Assembly (NCBI GenBank): GCA_036507075.1 | Contig: DASXQR010000015.1 | Span: 1-12,459, forward strand | Length of the DNA: 12,459 nt | Direction: 5' to 3' | DNA from: Acidobacteriota bacterium | Lineage (GTDB): Bacteria > Acidobacteriota > UBA6911 > JACQSX01 | The notes under the pieces: generated by a model | Seen by the model: the letters and a program-made list of their open reading frames with translations, nothing else | Told to the model about the DNA's origin: nothing | Database searches by the model: none | Shown: in pieces, positions 1-8,678 of the stretch | Layout of the letters: every line of letters starts with the position of its first letter | Numbering within the stretch: position 1 is the first letter of the stretch | Program-made: the position numbers and the translations under genes

Positions 1-160
<160 letters not shown>

Positions 161-263
161 TCCTTTCTCTGTGAAAATGTGTTCTGTTTTTCATTTCAAC
201 CGTTTTTGTCGAAGGCCACCGCGACCTTCGCAGGCCAACGCAACGCCGGCGCTGACGAGCCGG

Positions 264-2357
264 TTACTTCGGAGTCAGGAGCTTGCCTTTCATCTTGGCA
301 ATGATTTCCTCGCTGATCTGCCGCGGAGCTTCTTCATAACGCGCAAAGTGCATCGTGTAAGTTGCCCGGCCCTGCGTCATGGAGCGCAAATCGGTGGCAT
401 ACCCGAACATTTCCGCCAGCGGCACGGAGGCGTTGATTACCTGACTGCCCAACCGCTCTTCCATTGAACCTACTTTGCCGCGGCGCGAATTCAGGTTGCC
501 GATCACATCGCCCATATACTCTTTGGGCACGACCACTTCCACTTTCATGATCGGCTCAAGTAAAACCGGCTTTGCCTTGCGGCAGGCTTCTTTGAACGCC
601 ATGCTTCCGGCGATCTTGAACGCCATTTCCGAAGAATCGACCTCGTGATAGGAGCCGTCGAAGAGCGTAACCTTCACGTTCTGCATTTCGAAACCAGCCA
701 GCACGCCGCTTTCCATGGCTTCGCGCACACCGGATTCCACGGGCGAAATATATTCGCGCGGGATCGCGCCTCCTACGATTTCGTTTACAAATTCAGACTC
801 GGTGCCGGGCTCCTGCGGTTCCACGCGCAGCTTGACGTGGCCGTACTGACCACGGCCGCCCGTCTGGCGGATGTACTTGCCTTCCGCCTCTGCGGCGCGC
901 GTGATGGTTTCCTTGTAGGCCACCTGGGGTTTGCCGACATTGGCCCCCACCTTGAACTCGCGCAACAGGCGATCGACAATGATCTCAAGGTGCAGTTCAC
1001 CCATTCCGGAAATAATCGTTTGCCCGGTGTCCTGATCGGTGTGAACCTTAAAGGTAGGATCCTCCTGAACCAGCTTCCCCAGTGACAGGCCGAGCTTTTC
1101 TTGATCGGCCTTGGTCTTGGGCTCGATTGCCACGGCAATAACGGGAGCCGGGAAATCCATCGCTTCCAGGATAATCGGGTGGTCCTTGGCGCAGATCGTA
1201 TCGCCGGTAGTGACCGCGCGCAGCCCCACGGCCGCGGCGATATCGCCCGCGTACACCTCTTTGATCTCTTCGCGCTTGTTGGCGTGCATCTTCAGGAGAC
1301 GCCCGACGCGCTCCTGGCTCTGCCGGGTGGAGTTATAAACGCTCGATCCGGAATGCAGCATGCCCGAGTAGACGCGGAAGAAAGCGAGTTGTCCCACAAA
1401 AGGGTCTGTCATTATCTTGAATACCAGGGCGGAAAAGGGCGCCTTGTCGTCGGCGAGTCGTTCGATCTCTTCTCCTTTTTCGGAAGTTCCTTTGATGGCG
1501 GGGATATCCAGAGGCGAGGGAAGGAAGGCGACGATGGCATCCAGCAACTGCTGCACGCCTTTATTCTTGAAAGCGGATCCGCACAGCACCGGCGTGAACT
1601 TCAGCGAAACCGTCCCGCGGCGCAGCCCCGCCGTGATTTCTTCCGGCGTGATCTTCTCTCCACCGACGTACTTGGCCAGCAGGTGATCATCGGTTTCCGC
1701 CACAGTCTCCAGCATTTCTTCACGCAGGGCCCTGGCCTCCTCGCGATACTGCTCGGGAATGTCGGTAATTTCGAACTCGGAGCCGAGCGTTTCATCGCGG
1801 AACACAATGGCCTGCTCGCGGATTAAGTCGATTACGCCGCCGAATGTGTCCTCTTTTCCCAGCGGGGCCTGCACCGGCACGGGACGGGCGCCCAGTTTCT
1901 TGCGCATCATGTCCATTACGCGGCGAAAATCGGCGCCCGGACGATCCATCTTGTTCACAAAAGCAATTCGCGGAACCCCGTATTTGTCGGCCTGGCGCCA
2001 CACTGTTTCCGACTGCGGCTCAACGCCGGCCACGGCGTCAAACAGGGCCACGGCTCCGTCCAAAACGCGCAGCGAGCGCTCCACTTCGGCCGTGAAATCG
2101 ACGTGCCCGGGAGTGTCAATGATGTTGATCCGGTGGTCTTCCCATAAGCAGGTGGTGGCGGCCGAGGTAATCGTGATGCCGCGCTCCTGTTCCTGTTCCA
2201 TCCAGTCCATGGTGGCGGTGCCTTCATGGACCTCGCCGATCTTATGAGTGATTCCCGTGTAATAAAGAATGCGCTCGGTGGTCGTGGTCTTGCCGGCGTC
2301 AATATGTGCCGTGATCCCGATATTGCGCGTTCTTTCTAAAGGTACCTGCCTTGGCAC
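264..2357 (-). CDS. fusA: Elongation factor G
   Basis: 697 aa; [46 protein letters not shown] motifs; GTG start with GGGGAG SD; str operon context. Confidence 0.99.
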   Translation of the reverse strand: MPRQVPLERTRNIGITAHIDAGKTTTTERILYYTGITHKIGEVHEGTATMDWMEQEQERGITITSAATTCLWEDHRINIIDTPGHVDFTAEVERSLRVLDGAVALFDAVAGVEPQSETVWRQADKYGVPRIAFVNKMDRPGADFRRVMDMMRKKLGARPVPVQAPLGKEDTFGGVIDLIREQAIVFRDETLGSEFEITDIPEQYREEARALREEMLETVAETDDHLLAKYVGGEKITPEEITAGLRRGTVSLKFTPVLCGSAFKNKGVQQLLDAIVAFLPSPLDIPAIKGTSEKGEEIERLADDKAPFSALVFKIMTDPFVGQLAFFRVYSGMLHSGSSVYNSTRQSQERVGRLLKMHANKREEIKEVYAGDIAAAVGLRAVTTGDTICAKDHPIILEAMDFPAPVIAVAIEPKTKADQEKLGLSLGKLVQEDPTFKVHTDQDTGQTIISGMGELHLEIIVDRLLREFKVGANVGKPQVAYKETITRAAEAEGKYIRQTGGRGQYGHVKLRVEPQEPGTESEFVNEIVGGAIPREYISPVESGVREAMESGVLAGFEMQNVKVTLFDGSYHEVDSSEMAFKIAGSMAFKEACRKAKPVLLEPIMKVEVVVPKEYMGDVIGNLNSRRGKVGSMEERLGSQVINASVPLAEMFGYATDLRSMTQGRATYTMHFARYEEAPRQISEEIIAKMKGKLLTPK

Positions 2358-2389
2358 GACTTAAAACTCCCCAAAAATCTCAGAAAAGC

Positions 2390-2624
2390 TTGAACCGCCA
2401 AGAACGCCAAGAACGCAAAGACTTTCATTTCCTTTGATCCGGCAACTACTCGGTAGACGGTCCATTTTGTTCAATTCAATCAACCCCAAAAATCGTTAAT
2501 CTTTGCCACGACTTGAGACTCCAGCATGGAATCCCTAAAAAAATCGTTAATCTATGACATCTCCTGGGATTCCAAGAATATGTACTCAAATTTCTTCACG
2601 CTCTTGGCGCTCTTGGCGGTTCAA
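2390..2624. repeat. MITE/REP-like element with 31-bp terminal inverted repeats built from CGCCAAGA 8-mers
   Basis: 2390-2420 TTGAACCGCCAAGAACGCCAAGAACGCAAAG versus reverse complement of 2594-2624 TTGAACCGCCAAGAGCGCCAAGAGCGTGAAG (27/31); AT-rich 173-bp interior. Confidence 0.85.
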
Positions 2625-2628
2625 TCCT

Positions 2629-3099
2629 TTACCAGCGGAAGTGCGCAAAGGCTTTGTTGGCCTCTGCCATTTTGTGCACGTCGTCGCGCTTCTTTACGGC
2701 CGAGCCGCGGCTGTTGGCAGCGTCCATCAACTCGGCTGCCAGCCGCTCTTCCATCGTCTTTTCTCCTCGGTGCCGGGAATAAGTCACCAGCCAGCGAATT
2801 CCCAGCGACGTACGGCGGTGAGGATTTACTTCCACCGGAACCTGGTAGGTCGAACCCCCGACGCGCCGCGACTTTACTTCCAGCAGCGGCTTGACGTTGT
2901 CCATCGCCTTCTTGAAAACCTTCAACGGGTCGTCCTTGGTCTTGTCTTTTACGATATCCAGCGCCTTGTAAAAAGTGCTCTCGGCCAGGCTCTTCTTTCC
3001 CTGCAGCATGACTCCGTTGATGAATTTGGTCACCAGCTCGCTGTTGTAAACAGCATCGGGCAACACTTCCCTCTTGGGGATTTCTCTCCTTCTGGGCAT
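2629..3099 (-). CDS. rpsG: 30S ribosomal protein S7
   Basis: 156 aa; MPRRR start, [30 protein letters not shown] end; AGGAG SD. Confidence 0.99.
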   Translation of the reverse strand: MPRRREIPKREVLPDAVYNSELVTKFINGVMLQGKKSLAESTFYKALDIVKDKTKDDPLKVFKKAMDNVKPLLEVKSRRVGGSTYQVPVEVNPHRRTSLGIRWLVTYSRHRGEKTMEERLAAELMDAANSRGSAVKKRDDVHKMAEANKAFAHFRW

Positions 3100-3184
3100 T
3101 ACAAGCTCCTGGTTGTGATTAGAAGCAGCGCCGCTCGCCGCCGTATGAACCGGGGCTCCGACGCGCTACAAAGCTTCTCTGGAC

Positions 3185-3559
3185 CTAGGCTTTCGGCCGT
3201 TTGGCGCCGTATTTACTACGGCTGTTCTTTCGGTCCTGCACGCCTACTGAGTCCAGCGTCCCACGAACCACGTGGTAACGGACTCCCGGCAGGTCCTTGA
3301 CACGGCCTCCCCGGATAAGAACGATGGAGTGTTCCTGCAGATTGTGGCCGATTCCTGGAATATAGGTGGTCACTTCGATTCCATTGGTCAAACGCACTCG
3401 GGCCACTTTGCGCAATGCCGAATTCGGCTTCTTGGGTGTCTGGGTGTACACCCTTACGCAAACTCCCCGCTTCTGCGGACATGACTGCAGCGCGGGACTC
3501 TTGGTCTTTACACTCGCCCTTCTTCGCCCCTTTCGGACCAGTTGATTAAAAGTCGGCAA
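3185..3559 (-). CDS. rpsL: 30S ribosomal protein S12
   Basis: 124 aa; [43 protein letters not shown] start with GGAGAAGG upstream. Confidence 0.99.
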   Translation of the reverse strand: MPTFNQLVRKGRRRASVKTKSPALQSCPQKRGVCVRVYTQTPKKPNSALRKVARVRLTNGIEVTTYIPGIGHNLQEHSIVLIRGGRVKDLPGVRYHVVRGTLDSVGVQDRKNSRSKYGAKRPKA

Positions 3560-3715
3560 TCGCCTTCTCCCTTGGATTTACCGCAAAGCAGCGCCAGTCT
3601 CGGTTCCTCAAAGGGCCGTTTTGAATACCCGAAAAGGCAGGACCGCGCCGCGCTGATGAAAACTTGCCAGAAAAATCAAAGCCAGCTCGCTACTCTGGCT
3701 GGCTTGATAACGCCG

Positions 3716-3746
3716 CAAACAAAAAATGATGCCCTGAAGCATCATT
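3716..3746 (-). terminator. Intrinsic-terminator-like hairpin within the rpsL 5' leader
   Basis: Minus-strand RNA AAUGAUGCU-UCAG-GGCAUCAUU followed by UUUUGUUUG. Confidence 0.45.
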
Positions 3747-3796
3747 CTTTGGAACGCTTCAACTATCAAATATCCAGAGCTGTTTAAAACCTTACA

Positions 3797-3825
3797 ACTA
3801 TAGGACCTATCCCAAACTCTGTCAA
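3797..3825 (-). promoter_or_regulatory. Sigma70-type promoter of the str operon
   Basis: Minus strand TTGACA (3825-3820), exactly 17 nt spacer, TATAGT (3802-3797); predicted start near 3790. Confidence 0.8.
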
Positions 3826-3934
3826 GAAGATCCTGTCAGGTTTAGAAACTCAAGAGTTTACCATTCCGAATGGGAATTTCAAGAACTTTTTTCAGTGCCG
3901 GGTCGTGGTCTGGCAGTCGAGGAAAGACAGTCAA

Positions 3935-4005
3935 GGAGAGACGGCCTGAGGGCCGTCTCTCTGCGGTGTCCTGCCAAGCTGAGACGGCCCTCAGGCCGTC
4001 TCTCC
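3935..4005. repeat. Inverted pair of REP-like palindromes (REPIN/BIME-like doublet)
   Basis: 3935-3959 GGAGAGACGGCCTGAGGGCCGTCTC is the exact reverse complement of 3981-4005; each unit is itself a hairpin (GAGACGGCC-4 nt-GGCCGTCTC) with a 5' GGAG tetranucleotide; 21-nt spacer. Confidence 0.85.
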
Positions 4006-4051
4006 GCTCCCGAATAATTTGCGCAGGCCGCGAAAATTCTCATGGTTACTA

Positions 4052-4155
4052 GTACAGGATTGTTGGTTGTCCGTGGCTTATTGTCAGTTGTCACTACTGA
4101 CGACAGTATGCAATAACCACTGACAACGGGCCACAGACAACGGACAATCCTGTAC
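4052..4155. repeat. 104-bp imperfect palindrome built from 7-nt repeats
   Basis: Arms 4052-4091 and 4116-4155 complementary at 33/40; right arm reads ACTGACA-ACGGGCC-ACAGACA-ACGGACA; inner TACTG-ACGA-CAGTA mini-hairpin. Confidence 0.85.
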
Positions 4156-4179
4156 CTCTGTGGTGAAGTCTTTTTCCCG

Positions 4180-4185
4180 TATACT
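4180..4185 (+). promoter_or_regulatory. Putative -10 element (TATACT) for the LPS operon
   Basis: TATACT 7 nt before ATG 4193; no SD before the ATG; no good -35. Confidence 0.45.
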
Positions 4186-4192
4186 ACTGTTT

Positions 4193-5536
4193 ATGTTTCA
4201 CCGGCTGCTCTACAACGTGGTGTTGTGGACCTTTTTCCTCTTCTACTCCCCTGTCTTTTTCTTTCGTATGTTCAGGCAACGCAAGCGCGTGGGTGCCCTG
4301 CGGCAGCGATTCGGAGTGGTTCCGCGGTTGGCACACCCCTCCCGTCCGCGGATCTGGCTGCATGCCGTATCAGTGGGCGAAATAATGGTCCTGCAGCCGC
4401 TGATCCAAAAACTCAAGGAGGAAAACCTTTCCGTCGTCATTTCCACCACAACGGCGACCGGAAATCATTTGGCACGCAGGCTTTACAGCGATCTGGCGGA
4501 GGCGGTAATCTTCTTTCCCTTTGACTTCAACTTTGCCGTCCGCGGCAGCCTGAATGCCATCAAGCCGGACCTTTTTGCCCTGGTAGAAACGGAAATCTGG
4601 CCCAACTTCCTATGGAATTGCGCCCGCCGCGGAATTTCCGCTTTTTTGATCAACGGCAGGATTTCCGATCGCTCCTACCCGCGATACCAGATGATCCAGC
4701 GCCTGCTGGCCCCTTCGCTGAAGCATATCGAGCGGTTTTGCATGCAAAGCGCCAAGGATGCCCAGCGCATGATCGAGCTGGGGGCCGATCCGGCGCGAGT
4801 GCGCATTACAGGCAACCTAAAATACGACATTGAACCGCGCCAACGCCAGCAACAGTTGAACCTTCTCATTCGCGAAGTTCTGGGCGTGGGCCCAAAAGTT
4901 CCATTGCTGGTCGCCGGCAGCACGGCTCCGGGTGAGGAAGCCATGCTGCTTGAATCGGTCCGGCAGATAAGAAAGTCGAACATCGACTTGAAGGTCGTCA
5001 TCGCACCGCGTAATCCCGAAAGATTCCAGGATGTGGCTGGGCTTTTGACGGCGCATGGAATGAGGTTTACGCGCCGCTCGTTCTTCTCCGAGTACGACCT
5101 GGCGCATCCTTTGAAAAGCGAGGTCCGGTACGACGCTTTCTTGCTCGATTCAATTGGTGAACTTACCGGGGTCTATGAGGCAGCGACCATTGTTTTCGTC
5201 GGAAAGAGCCTGGTACCGGGAGGAGGGCACAATATTGTGGAGCCGGCTTTCTTCGGAAAGCCGATCCTGTTTGGGCCTTACATGGAAAACTTTCAGGAAA
5301 TCGCCGACACTTTCCTGCAGCAAAACGCCGCCATCCAGGTGATGAATCCAGCCGATCTGACCCAACAGATGCATCACCTTCTGCGCAATCGCGATGTCAG
5401 GATTTCCATGGGCGAGCGCGCCAGTCGAATTATCTCGGACAACCGCGGCGCGGCGGTGCATACGCTCCAGGAAATTCGCGAATTGGTCGTCCGGAAACCC
5501 GAACTTGCGACACGAGGAACGCCAAAGCCTGAGTAA
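4193..5536 (+). CDS. waaA: 3-deoxy-D-manno-octulosonic acid (Kdo) transferase
   Basis: N-terminal TM helix; IWLHAVSVGE, ETEIWPN, NGRISDRS, GNLKYD, GGHNIVEP motifs. Start taken as ATG 4193 (ORF track gives 4160). Confidence 0.95.
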   Translation: MFHRLLYNVVLWTFFLFYSPVFFFRMFRQRKRVGALRQRFGVVPRLAHPSRPRIWLHAVSVGEIMVLQPLIQKLKEENLSVVISTTTATGNHLARRLYSDLAEAVIFFPFDFNFAVRGSLNAIKPDLFALVETEIWPNFLWNCARRGISAFLINGRISDRSYPRYQMIQRLLAPSLKHIERFCMQSAKDAQRMIELGADPARVRITGNLKYDIEPRQRQQQLNLLIREVLGVGPKVPLLVAGSTAPGEEAMLLESVRQIRKSNIDLKVVIAPRNPERFQDVAGLLTAHGMRFTRRSFFSEYDLAHPLKSEVRYDAFLLDSIGELTGVYEAATIVFVGKSLVPGGGHNIVEPAFFGKPILFGPYMENFQEIADTFLQQNAAIQVMNPADLTQQMHHLLRNRDVRISMGERASRIISDNRGAAVHTLQEIRELVVRKPELATRGTPKPE

Positions 5537-5544
5537 ATCGGGTA

Positions 5545-5591
5545 GCTTGGTGCCTTGGTGGTAAAAAAAATGAACCACAAAGGCACCAAGC
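5545..5591. repeat. Short 8-nt-period palindrome between waaA and lpxK
   Basis: GCTTGGTGCCTTGGTGGT (5545-5562) pairs with ACCACAAAGGCACCAAGC (5574-5591) at 17/18; the CCACAAAGGCACCAAG arm resembles CCACGAAGGCACGAAG in the rnpB insert. Confidence 0.75.
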
Positions 5592-5599
5592 CAGGAAAC

Positions 5600-6622
5600 A
5601 TGAATTTTGCCCTGATCCCGCTCTCCTGGCTCTACGGAACAGGGGGGGCGGTTCGCCGCCAGTACTACAGATTTTTCCGTAAGCCGCAGAAGCTCGGCCG
5701 CCCCACAATAAAGGTGGGAAACATCGTGGCCGGCGGCACGGGAAAAACACCTTTTGTCATTTATCTTGCCAGGCTGCTGAAGAAGCGAAATCTGCAACCG
5801 GTCGTTCTCACGCGGGGATTCGGACGCGCCAGTTCCGGAGTTCTGAAAATCGGCGACTCGAGCGGTTCCACCTCTACAGTCGAGGAGTCCGGCGACGAGC
5901 CCAAGCTGATCGCAGACCAGGCGCGATGTCCCGTGTATGTATGCGAGAACAGAATGGAGGGCGCCACAATCGCGCTGCGGGACTTCCCGCATGCGACATT
6001 CCTTCTGGATGACGCCTACCAGCAGCTTGGAATCCGGGCAGACATAAATTTCGTGCTGATCGACGCTACCAATCCCTTCGGAAACGGCCGCCTGCTTCCC
6101 GCCGGAACACTGCGCGAGCCGATCCGTCAGTTATCGCGCGCAGATGCAATCGTCATCACTCACGCCGACCACCCCTTTGACCAGGACGCTCTGATGGAGC
6201 GCCTCAAAAAACATAACCGGGCCGCGCCGCTTTTCTTTGCCTATCATGAGGTGATCGGTCTTCAGGAGGTCCCCGGAGGAGAATGGCACGACGCCCGCCG
6301 GTTTCGCGGCGCAAAGGCGGTGGCGCTGTCGGCCATCGGCAACCCTTCGGTGTTCGAACATGATTTACGACACCACCAGATCCAGGTGCTGGAGCATCTG
6401 GCCCTTCGGGACCACTTCCCCTATTCCCAGGAGATGCTGGATCGGGCGCTTCGACGGTGCCAGGAAGTGGGAGCAGATATAATCGTCACTACCGAAAAGG
6501 ATGCTGTCAAAATGGACAGCTTTCAAATTCCCTCCGGCAAGATCTACGCGCTCGGTATTGAGACGCGGGTCGACGAGCAGGAGAATTTCATCGAATACTT
6601 GAAAATGTTCCTGGATCTGTAA
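5600..6622 (+). CDS. lpxK: Tetraacyldisaccharide (lipid A) 4'-kinase
   Basis: VGNIVAGGTGKTP Walker A, LTRGFG, GDEP, LLDDAYQ, LLPAGTLRE, TTEKDAVK. Start taken as ATG 5600, preceded by AGGA (ORF track gives 5555). Confidence 0.95.
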   Translation: MNFALIPLSWLYGTGGAVRRQYYRFFRKPQKLGRPTIKVGNIVAGGTGKTPFVIYLARLLKKRNLQPVVLTRGFGRASSGVLKIGDSSGSTSTVEESGDEPKLIADQARCPVYVCENRMEGATIALRDFPHATFLLDDAYQQLGIRADINFVLIDATNPFGNGRLLPAGTLREPIRQLSRADAIVITHADHPFDQDALMERLKKHNRAAPLFFAYHEVIGLQEVPGGEWHDARRFRGAKAVALSAIGNPSVFEHDLRHHQIQVLEHLALRDHFPYSQEMLDRALRRCQEVGADIIVTTEKDAVKMDSFQIPSGKIYALGIETRVDEQENFIEYLKMFLDL

Positions 6623-7695
6623 TGAATTCGTTCCTCATTCGGGTTCCAAACTGGATCGGGGACTGCATCATCAGTCTTCCTGCGGTGGCGGAGGTGCGGC
6701 GGATTCATCCGCGGGCAGAAATTACAGTAGCGGCCCGCTCCTGGGTTGCCGACATCTACCGGGTTGGCGGTCTGGTGGATGACGTGATCGAGTACCAGTC
6801 GGGCGCGCGCGGTCCGGCGCGGCTCTTTCGCTTTGCCGCCGAACTGCGACGCCGGAAATTCTCCTGCGCATTGCTCCTGCAGAACGCCATGGAAGCGGCC
6901 CTGCTGGTTCGCCTTGCCGGAATCCCAAGACGGATCGGATATGCCACGGACCGCCGCGGGTTTCTGCTTACCGATGCCGTCTCGGTTGACCCGGCGGTCG
7001 GCAGAATGCACCAGAGCTTTTATTATCTTGATCTGCTGACCCGCTCCGGACTCAGCAATCTGGATTATGCGCGCCTGGCCGGCTACCGTCCGGATGCGCG
7101 GATCCGCCTCAGCACAGAGCAGCACGGGATGGCCGATGCGTTTTTGAGCTCCATCGGAGTTTCCCCCGAGAGACCGCTGGCCGGCATCAATCCGGGCGCT
7201 TTCTTCGGATCGGCCAAGCGCTGGTTCCCCGAGCGCTACGCCGCCGTTGCCGATTATCTGGCCGAGCGGCACAACATGCAGGTGCTCATTTTCGGTTCCA
7301 GCAACGAAATTGAAATCGCCCGCCGGATTGAACAGAATATGAAAACCCGGCCGTTTGTTCTTTCGGGCAAAACCACATTGATGGAGCTCATCAGCCTGAT
7401 CAACCGGTGCGATCTTTTCATCACCAACGATTCGGGACCGATGCATCTGGCTTCCGCGCTGGACCGTCCCATGATCGCTCTTTTCGGCTCCACCGATGAA
7501 ACCGCCACCGGGCCCCTCAGCGGGCGCTCTCGCGTGATTCACAAGCCGGTGGAATGCACGCCCTGTTTTCTTCGAGAATGTCCGATCGATCTGCGCTGCT
7601 TCAAACAGATTGAAGTGGCCGAGGTCTGTCAAATAGCAGACGAGATGTCGCCGCACTGGAAGGCCAGAGGCGTCCGACCGGAGGCCTTGCGTTGA
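6622..7695 (+). CDS. waaF: LPS heptosyltransferase II (GT9)
   Basis: IRVPNWIGD, NPGAFFGSAKRW, ITNDSGPMHLA, CTPCFLRECPIDLRC; TAATG overlap with lpxK. Confidence 0.88.
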   Translation: MNSFLIRVPNWIGDCIISLPAVAEVRRIHPRAEITVAARSWVADIYRVGGLVDDVIEYQSGARGPARLFRFAAELRRRKFSCALLLQNAMEAALLVRLAGIPRRIGYATDRRGFLLTDAVSVDPAVGRMHQSFYYLDLLTRSGLSNLDYARLAGYRPDARIRLSTEQHGMADAFLSSIGVSPERPLAGINPGAFFGSAKRWFPERYAAVADYLAERHNMQVLIFGSSNEIEIARRIEQNMKTRPFVLSGKTTLMELISLINRCDLFITNDSGPMHLASALDRPMIALFGSTDETATGPLSGRSRVIHKPVECTPCFLRECPIDLRCFKQIEVAEVCQIADEMSPHWKARGVRPEALR

Positions 7696-8678
7696 AAGAC
7701 AGGCTGCTGGAGCTGATCGAAGGGATATCGCGCACCCGGCTCCTTGTTTTCGGGGATCTGATTCTGGATCAGTTTCTGTTCGGCGAGATTTCCCGCATCT
7801 CGCGGGAGGCTCCGGTGCTGATTCTCAAGTACCGCGAAACCGCCATTGCAGCCGGGGGCGCTGCCAACGCCGCCAATAATGCCGCGGCGCTGGGCAGCAG
7901 CGTGACCACGGTGGGAGTTCTGGGGGCCGACAACTGGGGCAAGCAGTTGGCTGGCCTTCTGCCGCCGGGCGCCGAGACGGTCACGGAAGATTCCTACAGC
8001 ACTCCCACCAAGATTCGAATTCTGGGCGGATCGAGCCATTCCCCGCGCCAGCAGATCGTGCGTCTGGATTATGAGAGCGCCGTGCGCCAGTCCACCCAGC
8101 TTGAGCAGCGCCTGTCGCACCTGATCGAGTCAGTGGTGGAAAACGTGAATGGCGCGGTCATCTCCGATTACGGCGGCGGCACGGTTGCCCCGCACCTGGT
8201 CGAAACCATTGTGAAATCGTGCGGCGCCAGAAAGATTCCGGTCGTGGTGGATTCCCGGTTCTCACTGCTTCGCTATTCGGGAGCCACGGCGATGACCCCG
8301 AACATATCCGAAGTTGAAGATGCGCTGCACGAGAAGATCGCCCATGACGAGTCGCGCATCGAAGCGGTGGGGAGAGAGCTTCGCCGGAAATGCGATCTGC
8401 AGGCGCTGCTGATAACTCACGGAAGATTCGGCATGACGCTGATTGATAATCAGGAGCGCGCCACCCACATCCCGATTTTCGGATCCGATGAAGTAGCCGA
8501 TGTGACCGGGGCAGGCGACACGGTGATCGCCGCATTTACTTCTGCCCTCGCCGCGGGAGCCACTTTCTTTGAGGCCGCGATGCTGGCCAACTACGCCGCC
8601 GGGCTGGTGGTAATGAAGCGCGGCATTGCCACCGTGACGCCCGAAGAGCTCACAAAAGCCGTGGCCGCAGACGAATGA
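7692..8678 (+). CDS. rfaE1: D-glycero-D-manno-heptose-7-phosphate kinase (stand-alone HldE/RfaE domain I, PfkB family)
   Basis: GDLILDQFLFGEISRISREAPVLIL, GGAANAANN, QQIVRLD, SDYG, DVTGAGDTV; TTG start overlaps the waaF stop (TTGA). Confidence 0.9.
   Translation: MKDRLLELIEGISRTRLLVFGDLILDQFLFGEISRISREAPVLILKYRETAIAAGGAANAANNAAALGSSVTTVGVLGADNWGKQLAGLLPPGAETVTEDSYSTPTKIRILGGSSHSPRQQIVRLDYESAVRQSTQLEQRLSHLIESVVENVNGAVISDYGGGTVAPHLVETIVKSCGARKIPVVVDSRFSLLRYSGATAMTPNISEVEDALHEKIAHDESRIEAVGRELRRKCDLQALLITHGRFGMTLIDNQERATHIPIFGSDEVADVTGAGDTVIAAFTSALAAGATFFEAAMLANYAAGLVVMKRGIATVTPEELTKAVAADE

Noticed and set aside
210..262. Small hairpins after the fusA stop (CGAAGG/CCTTCG 210-230; CCGGC/GCCGG)
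   Set aside because: No U-tract on the transcribed strand, so not called as terminators; ordinary intercistronic structure.
3185..3559. Streptomycin-resistance substitutions in S12
   Set aside because: TPKKPNS and RVKDLPG retain the wild-type lysines.
2526..3787. Plus-strand ORFs 2526-2894, 2554-3300, 3272-3484, 3542-3787
   Set aside because: Antisense to rpsG, rpsL and the leader; no family features.
3870..4094. Short ORFs 3870-4052 (+) and 3879-4094 (-)
   Set aside because: Both contain the same ERRPEGRLS/ETALRPSL peptides, which simply reflect translation through the REP palindromes.
5150..7656. Long minus-strand ORFs 5150-5992 (280 aa) and 6544-7656 (370 aa)
   Set aside because: Antisense to clearly identified waaA, lpxK and waaF; no motifs.
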